Numbered from the stretch's first letter, positions 19,468 to 29,698 are shown. The stretch is DNA of 64,000 nt from an uncultured bacterium (GCA_965370555.1 CBDUVB010000008.1:3257-67256); one strand, 5' to 3'. The notes: generated by a model from the sequence alone, not told the origin. Made by a program: numbers and translations.

Positions 19468-19522
19468 TTGACGAGCATTCTCTTTCGACCTATAATTAGC
19501 AATTAATGTAGTTGACTGCTAA
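19468..19522 (+). promoter_or_regulatory. sigma70 promoter plus CIRCE-like (HrcA) operator
   Basis: TTGACG-N17-TATAAT (19468-19496) then TTAGCAATT-N9-GACTGCTAA (19496-19522) before GGAGG. Confidence 0.8.
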
Positions 19523-19539
19523 TTTTGGAGGTGTTGATA

Positions 19540-21753
19540 ATGATTCGCTTCGACAAACTGACTGAAGGCGCGCAGGAGCTGTTCCACGAGGCACAGGACC
19601 TTCTAACGCGCTACAAGCAGAACCAGCTCGATGTGGAGCACATCTTCACCGTGCTCGTCACCAAGGAGGGTGCGGGACGCGACATCCTGCAGGAGATGGG
19701 GGTAAATCTAACCGGTCTAGCCAAGGACCTCGATGTTCTGTTGAAGAGCAAACCCTCGATCTCCGGCCCGGTCGGCGCGCAGATCTACATCACCCCACGC
19801 CTGGATGCGGTCGTCGCCGGCGCGCAGATGGAGGCCGAGCGGCTGCGCGATGAGTTCATCGGGGTCGATCACCTTCTCCTCTCGCTTAGTCGTGCGACCG
19901 ACCCCGGACTGAAGCGGGTCCTCGATCGGTATCAGATAACCCCCGAGGCTATCTACACCGCGCTTCGCAACGTGCGTGGGGAGCAGCGGGTGACCGACCG
20001 CTCCCCAGAGGATCGCTACCAGATCCTGAAGAAGTACTCTACAAACCTGACGGAGATGGCCGCTCGCGGCGAACTCGATCCGGTGATCGGTCGTGAGGAG
20101 GAGATTCGCCGCATGGAGCAGATCCTCTCCCGCCGTCGCAAGAATAACCCCGTTCTAATAGGGGAGTCAGGGGTGGGGAAGACCGCGGTCGTCGAAGGAC
20201 TGGCGCAGCTGATCGCCGCGGATGATGTGCCCGACACCCTGAAGGGAAAGGAAATAGTTGCCCTCGACATTGCGGCGATGGTCGCCGGATCCAAGTTCCG
20301 CGGAGAGTTCGAGGATCGGTTGAAGGCGGTGATCAAGGAGATCGAAGCTGCGGCAGGTAAGACGATCGTCTTCATCGACGAGGTACATACGATCGTTGGG
20401 GCCGGTGCTGCCGAGGGAGCGATCGATGCTTCCAATATGCTGAAGGAACCGCTCTCCCGCGGGAAGTTCCAACTGATCGGGGCGACGACTCTGAACGAGT
20501 ACCGCGAACACATTGAGAAGGATTCCGCATTGGAACGACGGTTCCAAAAGGTATACGTCGGTGAGCCGACCGTGGGAGAGACGATCGAGATCCTTGAGGG
20601 ACTACGGGAGAAGCTGGAGGAGCATCACCAGGTGAAGATCACTGACGACGCGATCCGTGCGGCGGCGAAGCTCTCGGAGCGCTACATCTCCGATCGCTTC
20701 CTCCCGGACAAGGCGATCGACCTTGTCGACGAAGCGGCGAGCAAGCTACGAGTCGACGGAAGCGGCAAGGAGGTGGCAGAAGGTGGTATCGCCGCGCTCG
20801 TTTCACAGTGGACAGGGATCCCGGCAGAAAGGATGGTCGATGAGGAGAGAGAGCGCCTCTCGAAGATGGAGGATCTGCTCCATGAGCGCGTGATCGATCA
20901 GGAAGAGGGCGTGCACGCCATCGCTGAGGCGGTGCGCCATTCGCGTGCCGGTCTCTCCGATCCGCGCCGCCCAATCGGGACCTTCCTCTTCCTCGGGCCG
21001 ACCGGGGTGGGGAAGACAGAGCTCGCCAAGGCGCTCGCCACATTTCTCTTTGGAAGTGATGATGCTCTCCTGCGGATCGACATGTCCGAGTACATGGAGC
21101 GGCATGCCGTGGCGCGGCTGATCGGGTCTCCACCGGGGTACGTGGGCTACGAAGAGGGAGGGCAGCTCACCGAGGCGGTCAGGCGGCGTCCCTATCAGGT
21201 TATCCTGTTCGACGAGGCTGAGAAGGCACACCCACAGGTGATGAACTTACTGCTTCAGCTCCTCGATGAGGGACGTCTGACCGACGGGCACGGGCGCACG
21301 ATCGACTTCAAGAATACGATTATCATCATGACCTCTAACGTGGGTAGCGAGTACTTCACGACCAACCTCGCAGAGGACCAGGTTCGTGAGAAGGTCGAGG
21401 AAGAGTTGAAACACACCTTCCGTCCGGAGTTTCTCAACCGGATCGACGAGACGATCATCTTCCATCCACTCTCCGAAGAGGCGATCCTAAAGATCGTCGA
21501 TCTGAAGGCTAAAACACTGGACGAGCGGCTCAAAGAGCAGGGGATCGCAATCACTATCACCGAGGAGGCGAAGAAGGTTCTCGCCAAGAAGGGGTACGAT
21601 CCACACTACGGCGCGCGCCCTCTTGAACGGGTGCTGAAGTGCCTTGTGGAGAACCCCCTCGCGATGAAGATCGTCTCCGGCGAAGTAAAGGAAGGGGATC
21701 ACGTTACGGTCGATGCGGCCGCGATGGCCGACGCTCTCGTGATCCGCCACTAG
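19540..21753 (+). CDS. Hsp100/Clp AAA+ ATPase (ClpB-like, lacking M-domain)
   Basis: double Clp-N domain, GESGVGKT, GPTGVGKT, RIDMSEYME, FRPEFLNRID, GARPL. Confidence 0.92.
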   Translation: MIRFDKLTEGAQELFHEAQDLLTRYKQNQLDVEHIFTVLVTKEGAGRDILQEMGVNLTGLAKDLDVLLKSKPSISGPVGAQIYITPRLDAVVAGAQMEAERLRDEFIGVDHLLLSLSRATDPGLKRVLDRYQITPEAIYTALRNVRGEQRVTDRSPEDRYQILKKYSTNLTEMAARGELDPVIGREEEIRRMEQILSRRRKNNPVLIGESGVGKTAVVEGLAQLIAADDVPDTLKGKEIVALDIAAMVAGSKFRGEFEDRLKAVIKEIEAAAGKTIVFIDEVHTIVGAGAAEGAIDASNMLKEPLSRGKFQLIGATTLNEYREHIEKDSALERRFQKVYVGEPTVGETIEILEGLREKLEEHHQVKITDDAIRAAAKLSERYISDRFLPDKAIDLVDEAASKLRVDGSGKEVAEGGIAALVSQWTGIPAERMVDEERERLSKMEDLLHERVIDQEEGVHAIAEAVRHSRAGLSDPRRPIGTFLFLGPTGVGKTELAKALATFLFGSDDALLRIDMSEYMERHAVARLIGSPPGYVGYEEGGQLTEAVRRRPYQVILFDEAEKAHPQVMNLLLQLLDEGRLTDGHGRTIDFKNTIIIMTSNVGSEYFTTNLAEDQVREKVEEELKHTFRPEFLNRIDETIIFHPLSEEAILKIVDLKAKTLDERLKEQGIAITITEEAKKVLAKKGYDPHYGARPLERVLKCLVENPLAMKIVSGEVKEGDHVTVDAAAMADALVIRH

Positions 21754-21985
21754 AACTGCGAAGAGAGGGAGACGCGGGGACACGGAGGTAGGGAGCGCGG
21801 AAAACGCAAGGATTCACACTCTCGCTACTTCTCCCCTCTCCGTGTCTCTACGGCGATTTTCTATCGACAACCTGTGAGCACCGTTCCTTTCCCAGCGCAG
21901 CAAATGACCCCGCAAGAAAAGGCGATGCATCTTTGTGGATCAGCGACTATAATCCTTTCTATTGGTTCCACAAGGAGGAGACCCC

Positions 21986-23305
21986 ATGAGTGAGGAACAA
22001 CGAGAGAAGGTGCTAAAGACGGTAAAGGAAAAGGGAATCCGGTTCATCCAGCTTTGGTTTACCGACCTTTTGGGGAACCCGAAGAGTGTGGAGATTACAG
22101 CGACAGCGTTGGACGACGCACTCCAAGAAGGAGTTGGGTTTGACGGCTCATCGATCCACGGGTTTGCGCGCATCGACGAGAGCGACATGATCATCAAGCC
22201 CGACCCAGAGACTTTCATCACTCTTCCCTGGGGGAACGTAGCTCGTCTGATCTGCGACGTCCTTAAACCGGACGGAACCCCTTACCATGGCGACCCTCGC
22301 TGGGTGCTTAAGCGCGCCCTCGCTCGGGCGGATGAACTGGGATTCTCTATGTACGTCGGACCGGAGGTGGAGTATTTCTACTTTCAGTCGGACTCTGAGA
22401 TCGATCCTCTGGATTGTGGTGGGTACTTCGATCTCGTTCCTCCGGATAGGGCATCGACGATTCGGAGAGAGACGGTCCTTGCTCTCGAGGATATGGGAAT
22501 CGGGGTGGAGGCGGCCCACCATGAGGTGGCTCACGGCCAGCAGGAGATCGATCTTCAATTCGGCAATGCCTTGACAATAGCGGATAGCCTTATGACCTGC
22601 CGGTTGGTCGTGAAGGAGGTAGCAAGAAGACACGGATTGTATGCCACTTTCATGCCTAAACCGATCTCTGACCAGAACGGCTCGGGAATGCATACGCACC
22701 AGTCTCTCTTTCGCAAGGACGGCCACAATGCCTTCTTCGACCCTGAGGATCCTCTTTACTTATCCTCGATCGCCAAGGGGTACATAGCTGGAATCATGAG
22801 ACACGCCAAGGAGATCACCGGCGTTTGCGCGCAGTGGGTCAACTCGTACAAGCGGCTCGTCCCCGGATATGAGGCACCGGTCTACATCACCTGGGCCCAC
22901 CGAAATCGGAGCAACATGATACGTGTTCCCATGTACAAGCCCGGTAAAGAAACCGCCACTCGCATCGAGTTTCGGGTCCCTGACCCTGCGTGTAACCCAT
23001 ATCTCACTTTCGCTATCCTTCTTCACGCCGGGCTCGACGGGATCGAGAAGGGTTACCCCCTTCCAGCTCCGATGGATCGTGATGTTTACGGGATGAATGA
23101 TGAAGAGCGAGCCAAGCTTGGGATCGAAACCCTCCCTGGGAGCCTGAACGAGGCAATCGCGGCGATGAAAGGAAGCGGGTTCGTCCGCCACGGCCTGGGT
23201 GACCATATCTTCGAGAAGTTCATTCAGAACAAGAAAATCGAGTGGGAAGCCTATCGCTCCCAGGTCCACAGCTACGAACTGGAACGCTATCTCGCTGTTC
23301 TGTAG
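21986..23305 (+). CDS. glnA: glutamine synthetase type I
   Basis: FDGSSIHGF, HHEVAHGQQEI, FMPKP..NGSGMH, RLVPGYEAP, RIEFRVPDPACNPY. Confidence 0.96.
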   Translation: MSEEQREKVLKTVKEKGIRFIQLWFTDLLGNPKSVEITATALDDALQEGVGFDGSSIHGFARIDESDMIIKPDPETFITLPWGNVARLICDVLKPDGTPYHGDPRWVLKRALARADELGFSMYVGPEVEYFYFQSDSEIDPLDCGGYFDLVPPDRASTIRRETVLALEDMGIGVEAAHHEVAHGQQEIDLQFGNALTIADSLMTCRLVVKEVARRHGLYATFMPKPISDQNGSGMHTHQSLFRKDGHNAFFDPEDPLYLSSIAKGYIAGIMRHAKEITGVCAQWVNSYKRLVPGYEAPVYITWAHRNRSNMIRVPMYKPGKETATRIEFRVPDPACNPYLTFAILLHAGLDGIEKGYPLPAPMDRDVYGMNDEERAKLGIETLPGSLNEAIAAMKGSGFVRHGLGDHIFEKFIQNKKIEWEAYRSQVHSYELERYLAVL

Positions 23306-23520
23306 GCCATCATGGTTTCTCATGTTTAAGGTAAGGCAATCCAGAAAATGGCTCTTTGTCGTTTTGAGTGGGTAGCTGGAGACAGCAGGGTACGTAACAT
23401 AAGGGCTCTAGCAAAGGAAAAGCAGAATACAGAAAGGAAAAACAAGAACAACAGGGGATGTTGGAGCGCCGTTCTTAGCGATCACTGCGCCCGACGTTGC
23501 GCTGTGAGATTGTGTCTCAA

Positions 23521-23584
23521 CGTGGCAGACGAGCTACCACGCTACAGAAGAAGGCTTGCGTAGCGTCGCACCTTGTGTGCGACG
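23521..23584. repeat. pair of divergent GTAG-type REP hairpins
   Basis: minus GTAG-CGTGGTAG-ctcgt-CTGCCACG (23521-23545); plus GTAG-CGTCGCAC-cttgt-GTGCGACG (23560-23584). Confidence 0.65.
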
Positions 23585-23789
23585 TTGTGCTGTTGAAGTA
23601 CAACGAACGAGCAAGAGAACAGCGTTTTATCATTTGCCATCAGGAATCCGTTACCCACTCGAAACAGCGAGAAGCCCTCATAGATCGATGGAATCAAGCC
23701 GACTGACAAGCAGAAAGATTCTTGCTTGGTCCCCCTTTATGATGTAAACTATATAAAGAGTTAAATTTATTGATGAGGAGGTGAATCAC

Positions 23790-23960
23790 ATGCCTAAGAA
23801 AGAGGAAATTGCGACCCTTTCGATCTACATCCCTAAAAGCAAGTTGGAGAAGAAACCAGTCTCTCGGTTGGAACGATTGAGCAAGAAGCACGACCGTTCG
23901 ATCAACTACCTGGTTGTCGAGGCGATCCTCCAGTACATCGATCGAGAGGAGAAAAAGTAG
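23790..23960 (+). CDS. ribbon-helix-helix DNA-binding protein (56 aa, not in ORF track)
   Basis: strong SD GAGGAGGTGA; MPKKEEIATLSIYIPKSKLEKKPVSRLERLSKKHDRSINYLVVEAILQYIDREEKK. Confidence 0.85.
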   Translation: MPKKEEIATLSIYIPKSKLEKKPVSRLERLSKKHDRSINYLVVEAILQYIDREEKK

Positions 23961-24180
23961 TTCTCCGGTGTCGTTCGAGTTTTCCGATGATTGAGCCGAT
24001 TCATCGTGTGCTCGGTCTCAGACTTAGTGTGAGGAAGACCTGTACCATGCCTAGAGAGGATACTGTCATCGGGCGGGTTAGTATCCCCGGGTAAGGGTCA
24101 CCTGGTGTCCCCAGGGTACGGTCGGCTGGTATCCCCGCCTAAGATCAGTTAAATATCCTCCATGTTGAGCAAACATGGAT

Positions 24181-24205
24181 GTAGCGTCGTACCTTGCGTG
24201 CGACG
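24181..24205 (+). repeat. GTAG-type REP hairpin
   Basis: GTAGCGTCGTACCTTGCGTGCGACG, 2 mismatches to 23560-23584. Confidence 0.65.
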
Positions 24206-24480
24206 TTACTTTCGATGTAACGAAGCTCTACATGAAATTGTAGCACGAAGACCAACTCCGGTTAGATCTTTGGCTTCTGCCTTTCAATGCCCCCAGCTTA
24301 CTGGGGGTTCTTTACTCCCCAAAATTACACCTACGAGTTGAATTCACGCCTCGATCCAAGGATCTCGATCCAAGGATCTCGATTCTATTCAGGCAAGCCT
24401 CCCTTATAGTTGTTAAAGCCCGCAAAGGTTGTTACAATTCGGCACTGGTCTTGATTTCAACCATTTAAGGGGGAGATTGG

Positions 24481-25551
24481 GTGTCCGCGCAGAAGGGTGA
24501 TACGCCGCGTTACCGAAGGCTCTTGCCACTGGTGATCATTGTCGCACTGGCCGCGGTCTTCGCTGCCAATCGCTTCTTCTTCCCGCCTCCGATGCTGTTC
24601 TTCCAGGATCGCCGCGAGATGATGGATACATGGGTGACGATCACTGTCTACGATCGGAATCCTGAGGTCGCGGAAGTGGCGATTGCCACGGCCTTTGCTC
24701 AGATGGAAGAGGTCGAACGGATCGCCTCGATCTACGATCCCCAGGCCGAGGCGTTTCGCTTGAACGAAACAGGAAGATCGGATAATCCCTCTCCTGAGTT
24801 ATGGAAACTAATCGAGGTTTCTAAGGATTACTACACTCTCACCGACGGCACGTTCGATATCACTGTCGAACCCCTCCTCGATCTATGGCGCTACAAGGAA
24901 GGGGCGGAACAGCAATTCTGGGAGCTCGATCCGGAGATCCAGGAGCAGGCGATCACCGCTGCACTCGCCCTTGTCGGTGCCGATCGAATCACGCTCTCCG
25001 CCGATCCGCAGCGTTCAATCGTTCTCGAACCGGGAATGAAGGTCACGTTCGGCGGCATTGCCAAAGGATACGCGGTCGATCAAGGGCTGAACGCACTGCG
25101 CACTTCGGGAATCGCACATGCTCTAATCGATGCCGGTGGCGATATCGGCGTCTCCGGAGGGAAACCCGGCGGGGCAAAATGGGAACTCGCTCTGCGCAAT
25201 CCAAGGGATTCTGAAGATTTCCTCGTGCGGTTCGTGCTCACAGACGGAGCGATCGCCACGTCGGGAAACTACGAACGCTACTTCGATAGAGAGGCCAAGG
25301 TGGGACACATCATGGATCCGCGAACCGGGTATTCGTCTCACGCCTCGTCCAGTGCAACTGTGGTCGCAGGGACGTGTATGCAAGCGGATGCGCTCGCCAC
25401 CGCCGCGTTCGTCCTCGGTCCGCAAGACGGGATCGAGCTTGCAAATTCGCTAGACAGGGTAGAAGCATTGATCGTCTCCTACGACGAGCCGGATCAGGTC
25501 TATCGTTCGGGCGGTCTCGAAGAGTACGTCGAAAAGAAGGGTGACTTCTGA
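24481..25551 (+). CDS. apbE: FAD:protein FMN transferase ApbE
   Basis: GTFDITVEPL, GGIAKGYAVD, IATSGNYER, HIMDPRTG, ADALATA; precedes rnf operon. Confidence 0.93.
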   Translation: MSAQKGDTPRYRRLLPLVIIVALAAVFAANRFFFPPPMLFFQDRREMMDTWVTITVYDRNPEVAEVAIATAFAQMEEVERIASIYDPQAEAFRLNETGRSDNPSPELWKLIEVSKDYYTLTDGTFDITVEPLLDLWRYKEGAEQQFWELDPEIQEQAITAALALVGADRITLSADPQRSIVLEPGMKVTFGGIAKGYAVDQGLNALRTSGIAHALIDAGGDIGVSGGKPGGAKWELALRNPRDSEDFLVRFVLTDGAIATSGNYERYFDREAKVGHIMDPRTGYSSHASSSATVVAGTCMQADALATAAFVLGPQDGIELANSLDRVEALIVSYDEPDQVYRSGGLEEYVEKKGDF

Positions 25552-25677
25552 AGTTGAGTGATTTAGCGAGTGAGCGATTGAGTGATTTAACGCCTAAATC
25601 CCTTGTAGGCGGTAAAATAAGTCAAAATAGGAGCCGAGCATGAAACTAATCCTCAAGCACGATTCATACAGCAGCCT

Positions 25678-27009
25678 ATGAAGAACCACATATTAGAGGT
25701 ATTGGGATTGAAGCGTCCCGCCGGGGTCCATCCCCCTGCACGGAAGCTCGCCGCAGAACAGGCAATAGAGAGGGCTCAGTTGCCGGAGACGGTGATCCTT
25801 CCTCTGCAGCAACACATTGGTGCTCCGGCAAAGGCCGTAGTGGAGCGGGGGGACGAGGTGAAGGTGGGACAGATGATCGCCGAAGCCGGTGGGTTCGTCT
25901 CCGTGCCGATCCATGCCACGATATCGGGCACAGTGAAACAGCTCGCCACCGTGGCAAGCCCCATCACCGGACAGCCGGTTCTCGGTGTGATCATCGAATC
26001 CGACGGGAAGGACGATTGGATAGATCTCACGCCCGCCGATCCAGAGGGGCTGTCAACCGAAGAGATTATCAATCGGATCAAGGGAGCGGGGATCGTGGGG
26101 ATGGGAGGCGCGACATTCCCCACCCACGTGAAGCTCTCACCCCCTCCGGAGAAATCGATTACGAGCGTCATCGTTAACGGGGCGGAGTGCGAACCGTACA
26201 TCACTGCCGACGATCGGCTGATGCTGGAAGAGACGGATCGGATCCTGATTGGTTTGAAGATCGTGATGCGAGTCCTATCCGTTGAGCGAGCGTACATCGC
26301 CATAGAGGAGAACAAACCACGGGCGATCGCGCGGATGCGCCAAGCCGTAGAGAAGGCATCCTTCCCCGGCACGGTGACAGTCGAGGCGGTCCCGGCAAAG
26401 TACCCGATGGGGGCGGAGAAGACGCTCGTCAAGTCGATCCTCGGTCTGGAAGTTCCTGAAGGAGGGCTCCCCATGGATGTGGGGACCGTCATTCAGAACG
26501 TCGCCACCCTCGCCGCTGTGGCCGACGCGATCACCCTTGGGAAGCCTCTGGTAGAGCGTGTGGTGACGGTGACCGGTCTCGTCGGCACCCCAAAGAACCT
26601 CCTCGCCCGCTTCGGCACGTCCGCCTCCTCGTTGATCGAAGAGTGCGGTGGCGCCGATCCGAGCGCCGATGAGTTGATCTTCGGCGGACCGATGATGGGA
26701 ATCGCGCAGAGCCGCGTTGATACCCCGATCATCAAGGGAACGAATTGCATACTCGTGAAGATGAGCGACGTCCGCGAGGAACACGACTGTATCCGCTGCG
26801 GCCGCTGCATCGAGACCTGTCCGATGGGGCTGATGCCGCTCATGTTCGTGAACCTCGTCAAGAAGGAGGACTACGAGAGCTTGGCCGACTATCACATTGC
26901 AAACTGCGTCGAGTGTGGGGCATGCGCGTACAGTTGCCCGGCGAAGATTCCGATCGTTTCCTATATCAAGACGGGAAAGGTCGAGTTACTCAAGGCGGGG
27001 GTGAAGTGA
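25678..27009 (+). CDS. rnfC: Rnf complex subunit C
   Basis: QQHIGAP, GMGGATFPTHVK, NGAECEPY, two CxxCxxCxxxCP. Confidence 0.95.
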   Translation: MKNHILEVLGLKRPAGVHPPARKLAAEQAIERAQLPETVILPLQQHIGAPAKAVVERGDEVKVGQMIAEAGGFVSVPIHATISGTVKQLATVASPITGQPVLGVIIESDGKDDWIDLTPADPEGLSTEEIINRIKGAGIVGMGGATFPTHVKLSPPPEKSITSVIVNGAECEPYITADDRLMLEETDRILIGLKIVMRVLSVERAYIAIEENKPRAIARMRQAVEKASFPGTVTVEAVPAKYPMGAEKTLVKSILGLEVPEGGLPMDVGTVIQNVATLAAVADAITLGKPLVERVVTVTGLVGTPKNLLARFGTSASSLIEECGGADPSADELIFGGPMMGIAQSRVDTPIIKGTNCILVKMSDVREEHDCIRCGRCIETCPMGLMPLMFVNLVKKEDYESLADYHIANCVECGACAYSCPAKIPIVSYIKTGKVELLKAGVK

Positions 27010-27971
27010 TGGAGAATACGAAGAGGCTCATCCTCTCATCGGCTCCGCACCTACACGAGGGGGCGTCGATCAAACGGGACATGTACATCGTGATCCTCGC
27101 GCTCCTCTTCCCCACGGCCGGTGCGGTCTACTTTTTCGGGGCGTACGTCCTCCTCATGCTCGCGACCGCGCTCCTCTGCGCGATCCTTACCGAGTACGTT
27201 GCGAAATGGATGCGCAGGCGACCGTTTTACATGGATGGGAGCGCGATCGTCACTGCGATCTTGTTCGTGCTGGTGATGCCGCCGCGCACCCCATTGTGGA
27301 TCGTGGCGGTCGGATCGATCTTCTGCATCGCCGTGGCCAAGGAGATGTTCGGCGGTTTGGGGCAGAACATCTTCAATCCGGCGCTCGCCGGTCGGGCATT
27401 CGCTAGTATCTCGTTTGCCGGCGCCCTCACCCGGTGGATCGGACCTGTAGCCTCATTCATGGCCGATGGAGTGACAACGGCGACCCCACTCAGCGAGAGT
27501 TTCGCCACCGCGCTCAGCCGGGGAGAGTTATACAGGGCCCTCTTCTTTGGGAACGTTGTTGGGAGCGTCGGTGAGACCTCCGCACTATTGGTTCTGATCG
27601 GAGGGGTGATCCTCCTCGCGTTCGGCCTGATCAAGTGGCAGGTTCCTGTCTTCTACATCGGCACGGTCGCCCTCCTCAGCTTCTTGCTTGGCCAGGACCC
27701 GCTATTCCAGATCCTTGCCGGGGGGCTGATGCTGGGAGCGTTCTTCATGGCCACCGACTACGTAACGAGCCCGCTCACTACAGGGGGAAAGATCATCTTT
27801 GCGGTGGGAGCAGGCGTCCTAGTGGTCTTGATCCGAACGTGGGGGAGCATGCCCGAGGGGGTCTGCTACTCGATCCTGCTGATGAACGCGTTCACCCCAC
27901 TGATCGACCGCTACGTTCGCCCGAAGCTGTATGGGTACGTGAAGAGAACAAATAAGGAGGAGGCCTCATGA
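27009..27971 (+). CDS. rnfD: Rnf complex subunit D
   Basis: FGGLGQNIFNPA, TTATPL FMN site, GSVGETS, FFMATD. Confidence 0.95.
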   Translation: MENTKRLILSSAPHLHEGASIKRDMYIVILALLFPTAGAVYFFGAYVLLMLATALLCAILTEYVAKWMRRRPFYMDGSAIVTAILFVLVMPPRTPLWIVAVGSIFCIAVAKEMFGGLGQNIFNPALAGRAFASISFAGALTRWIGPVASFMADGVTTATPLSESFATALSRGELYRALFFGNVVGSVGETSALLVLIGGVILLAFGLIKWQVPVFYIGTVALLSFLLGQDPLFQILAGGLMLGAFFMATDYVTSPLTTGGKIIFAVGAGVLVVLIRTWGSMPEGVCYSILLMNAFTPLIDRYVRPKLYGYVKRTNKEEAS

Positions 27972-28516
27972 GGAATAAGAAGAGCGATTTCTTCCCTGTC
28001 GTCTTCTTGACCCTCATCGTGATCATCTCTGTCGTTGCTCTCACCCTGACGGACGGGATCACCAAGGATAAGATCGCCCTCGCCAAGAAGGAGGCGATCG
28101 CAGAGACGCTCGCAACCCTCTTCCCGGAGATGAACGATTTCACCATCAATGAGGAGAGCGGCCTATACACTCCGCTTGCGGAGGGGGAGAGGCTCGGGCA
28201 CGCGTTCATGGCGACGGCGACTGGGTACGGCGGCGCGATCGATATCCTGATCGGGCTGAAACCGGATGCGACCCTGCGTGGGATAAAGATCATCTCGCAG
28301 CAGGAGACCCCCGGACTGGGGGCGAAGATCGTTGACGGTTCCTTCCTCGCCCAATTCAAAGGGCTGAGCGTGGATGAGGTTGATCTCTCCGCTGACGGGG
28401 GAAAGGTCGATGCCATTACCGGTGCCACCATCAGCTCCGCAGCGGTGGTCAAGGGAGTGAAGGAAGAAATCTTGAAGAAACTTGAGACCTTGAATACGGA
28501 AGAGGGGGGGGACTGA
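27968..28516 (+). CDS. rnfG: Rnf complex subunit G
   Basis: GYGGAI, ETPGLG, VDAITGATISS. Confidence 0.95.
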   Translation: MRNKKSDFFPVVFLTLIVIISVVALTLTDGITKDKIALAKKEAIAETLATLFPEMNDFTINEESGLYTPLAEGERLGHAFMATATGYGGAIDILIGLKPDATLRGIKIISQQETPGLGAKIVDGSFLAQFKGLSVDEVDLSADGGKVDAITGATISSAAVVKGVKEEILKKLETLNTEEGGD

Positions 28517-29130
28517 TGCACTCTTTTGGTAAGAACTTCGTCAAGGGGATTGTCCGTGCGAATCCGACGTTCATCCTCCTCCTCGGACTGTGCCCGACCC
28601 TAGCGGTCAGCACATCCCTGGATAATGCCGTGGGGATGACTGCCGCGTTCCTCTTTGTGTTGCTCTCCTCGAACATCATCATCTCGTTAATTAGAAACTA
28701 CGTGCCGGACCGCGTACGCATCCCGATATTCATCGTCATCATTGCTACATTGGTGACTATCGTTGACCTGATGCTGCAGGGGTTCGTTCCCGCGTTGAGC
28801 AAGTCTTTGGGGATGTACATCCCGTTGATCGTGGTGAACTGCATCATCCTTGGGCGGGCGGAGGCATTCGCGAGCAAGAACGGGATCTCCGACTCGATTG
28901 CCGACGCACTGGGGATGGGAGTCGGCTTCGGCCTGGCGATACTCCTCATCTCCTTCATTCGACAGCTTCTGGGGACGGGAGAGCTCGATCTCTTCGGCCG
29001 CTCTCTCTTTACCATCCCCGGGCTGAGCGACAACCCCGCGGCGATCTTCATGCTACCGATGGGGGCGTTCTTCGTCATCGGAACGCTCCTCGCGCTCTTC
29101 CGATGGATGGGGGTGAGTACAGGTGAGTAA
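28516..29130 (+). CDS. rnfE: Rnf complex subunit E
   Basis: LGLCPTLAVS, PLIVVNCIILGRAEAFA. Confidence 0.95.
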   Translation: MHSFGKNFVKGIVRANPTFILLLGLCPTLAVSTSLDNAVGMTAAFLFVLLSSNIIISLIRNYVPDRVRIPIFIVIIATLVTIVDLMLQGFVPALSKSLGMYIPLIVVNCIILGRAEAFASKNGISDSIADALGMGVGFGLAILLISFIRQLLGTGELDLFGRSLFTIPGLSDNPAAIFMLPMGAFFVIGTLLALFRWMGVSTGE

Positions 29131-29698
29131 CCTATTTGCGATCTTCTTTGGCATGGCGTTGGTAAACAACATGGTCCTCGTCAAGTTCCTCGGTCTGTGC
29201 CCCTTCTTCGGGGTCTCCAAGAGACTGTCGAGCGCGTTTAGTATGGGGATCGCGGTCCTCTTGGTGATGCTCGTCGCCTCGGGTGTCACCTGGCCGATCT
29301 ACCATTTCCTCCTCGCCCCCTACGGGGTGGAGTTCATGCGGACGGTGATCTTCATCCTGGTCATCGCCTCCCTCGTACAGATCATCGAGATGGCTATCAA
29401 ACGGACGAACCTCACCCTGTACAACGCCCTTGGAATCTACCTTCCTCTCATCACAACCAACTGCGCCGTTCTAGGGATCACGTTCATCAACATCGATCAG
29501 ACCTACAGCTTCCTCGAATCCATCACTGCCGCGTTAGGGGCAGGAGCGGGGTTCACGCTGGTCCTCATCATCATGTCCGGGATCCGGGAGCGCTTGGATC
29601 TTGCAGATCCTCCCAAGGCGTTCAAGGGAACACCGATCGCGTTCATCACCGCGATGCTCCTCGGCCTCTCCTTCTTCGCGTTCAAAGGAATGGTATAA
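29123..29698 (+). CDS. rnfA: Rnf complex subunit A
   Basis: FLGLCPFFGVS, LGIYLPLITTNCAVLG. Confidence 0.95.
   Translation: MSNLFAIFFGMALVNNMVLVKFLGLCPFFGVSKRLSSAFSMGIAVLLVMLVASGVTWPIYHFLLAPYGVEFMRTVIFILVIASLVQIIEMAIKRTNLTLYNALGIYLPLITTNCAVLGITFINIDQTYSFLESITAALGAGAGFTLVLIIMSGIRERLDLADPPKAFKGTPIAFITAMLLGLSFFAFKGMV

Noticed and set aside
24047-24094. 15-aa ORF MPREDTVIGRVSIPG resembling the RHH N-terminus
   Set aside because: Too short and similarity too weak to call
24065-24140. possible CRISPR array
   Set aside because: 24-bp period leaves no room for spacers, repeats are degenerate, no cas genes
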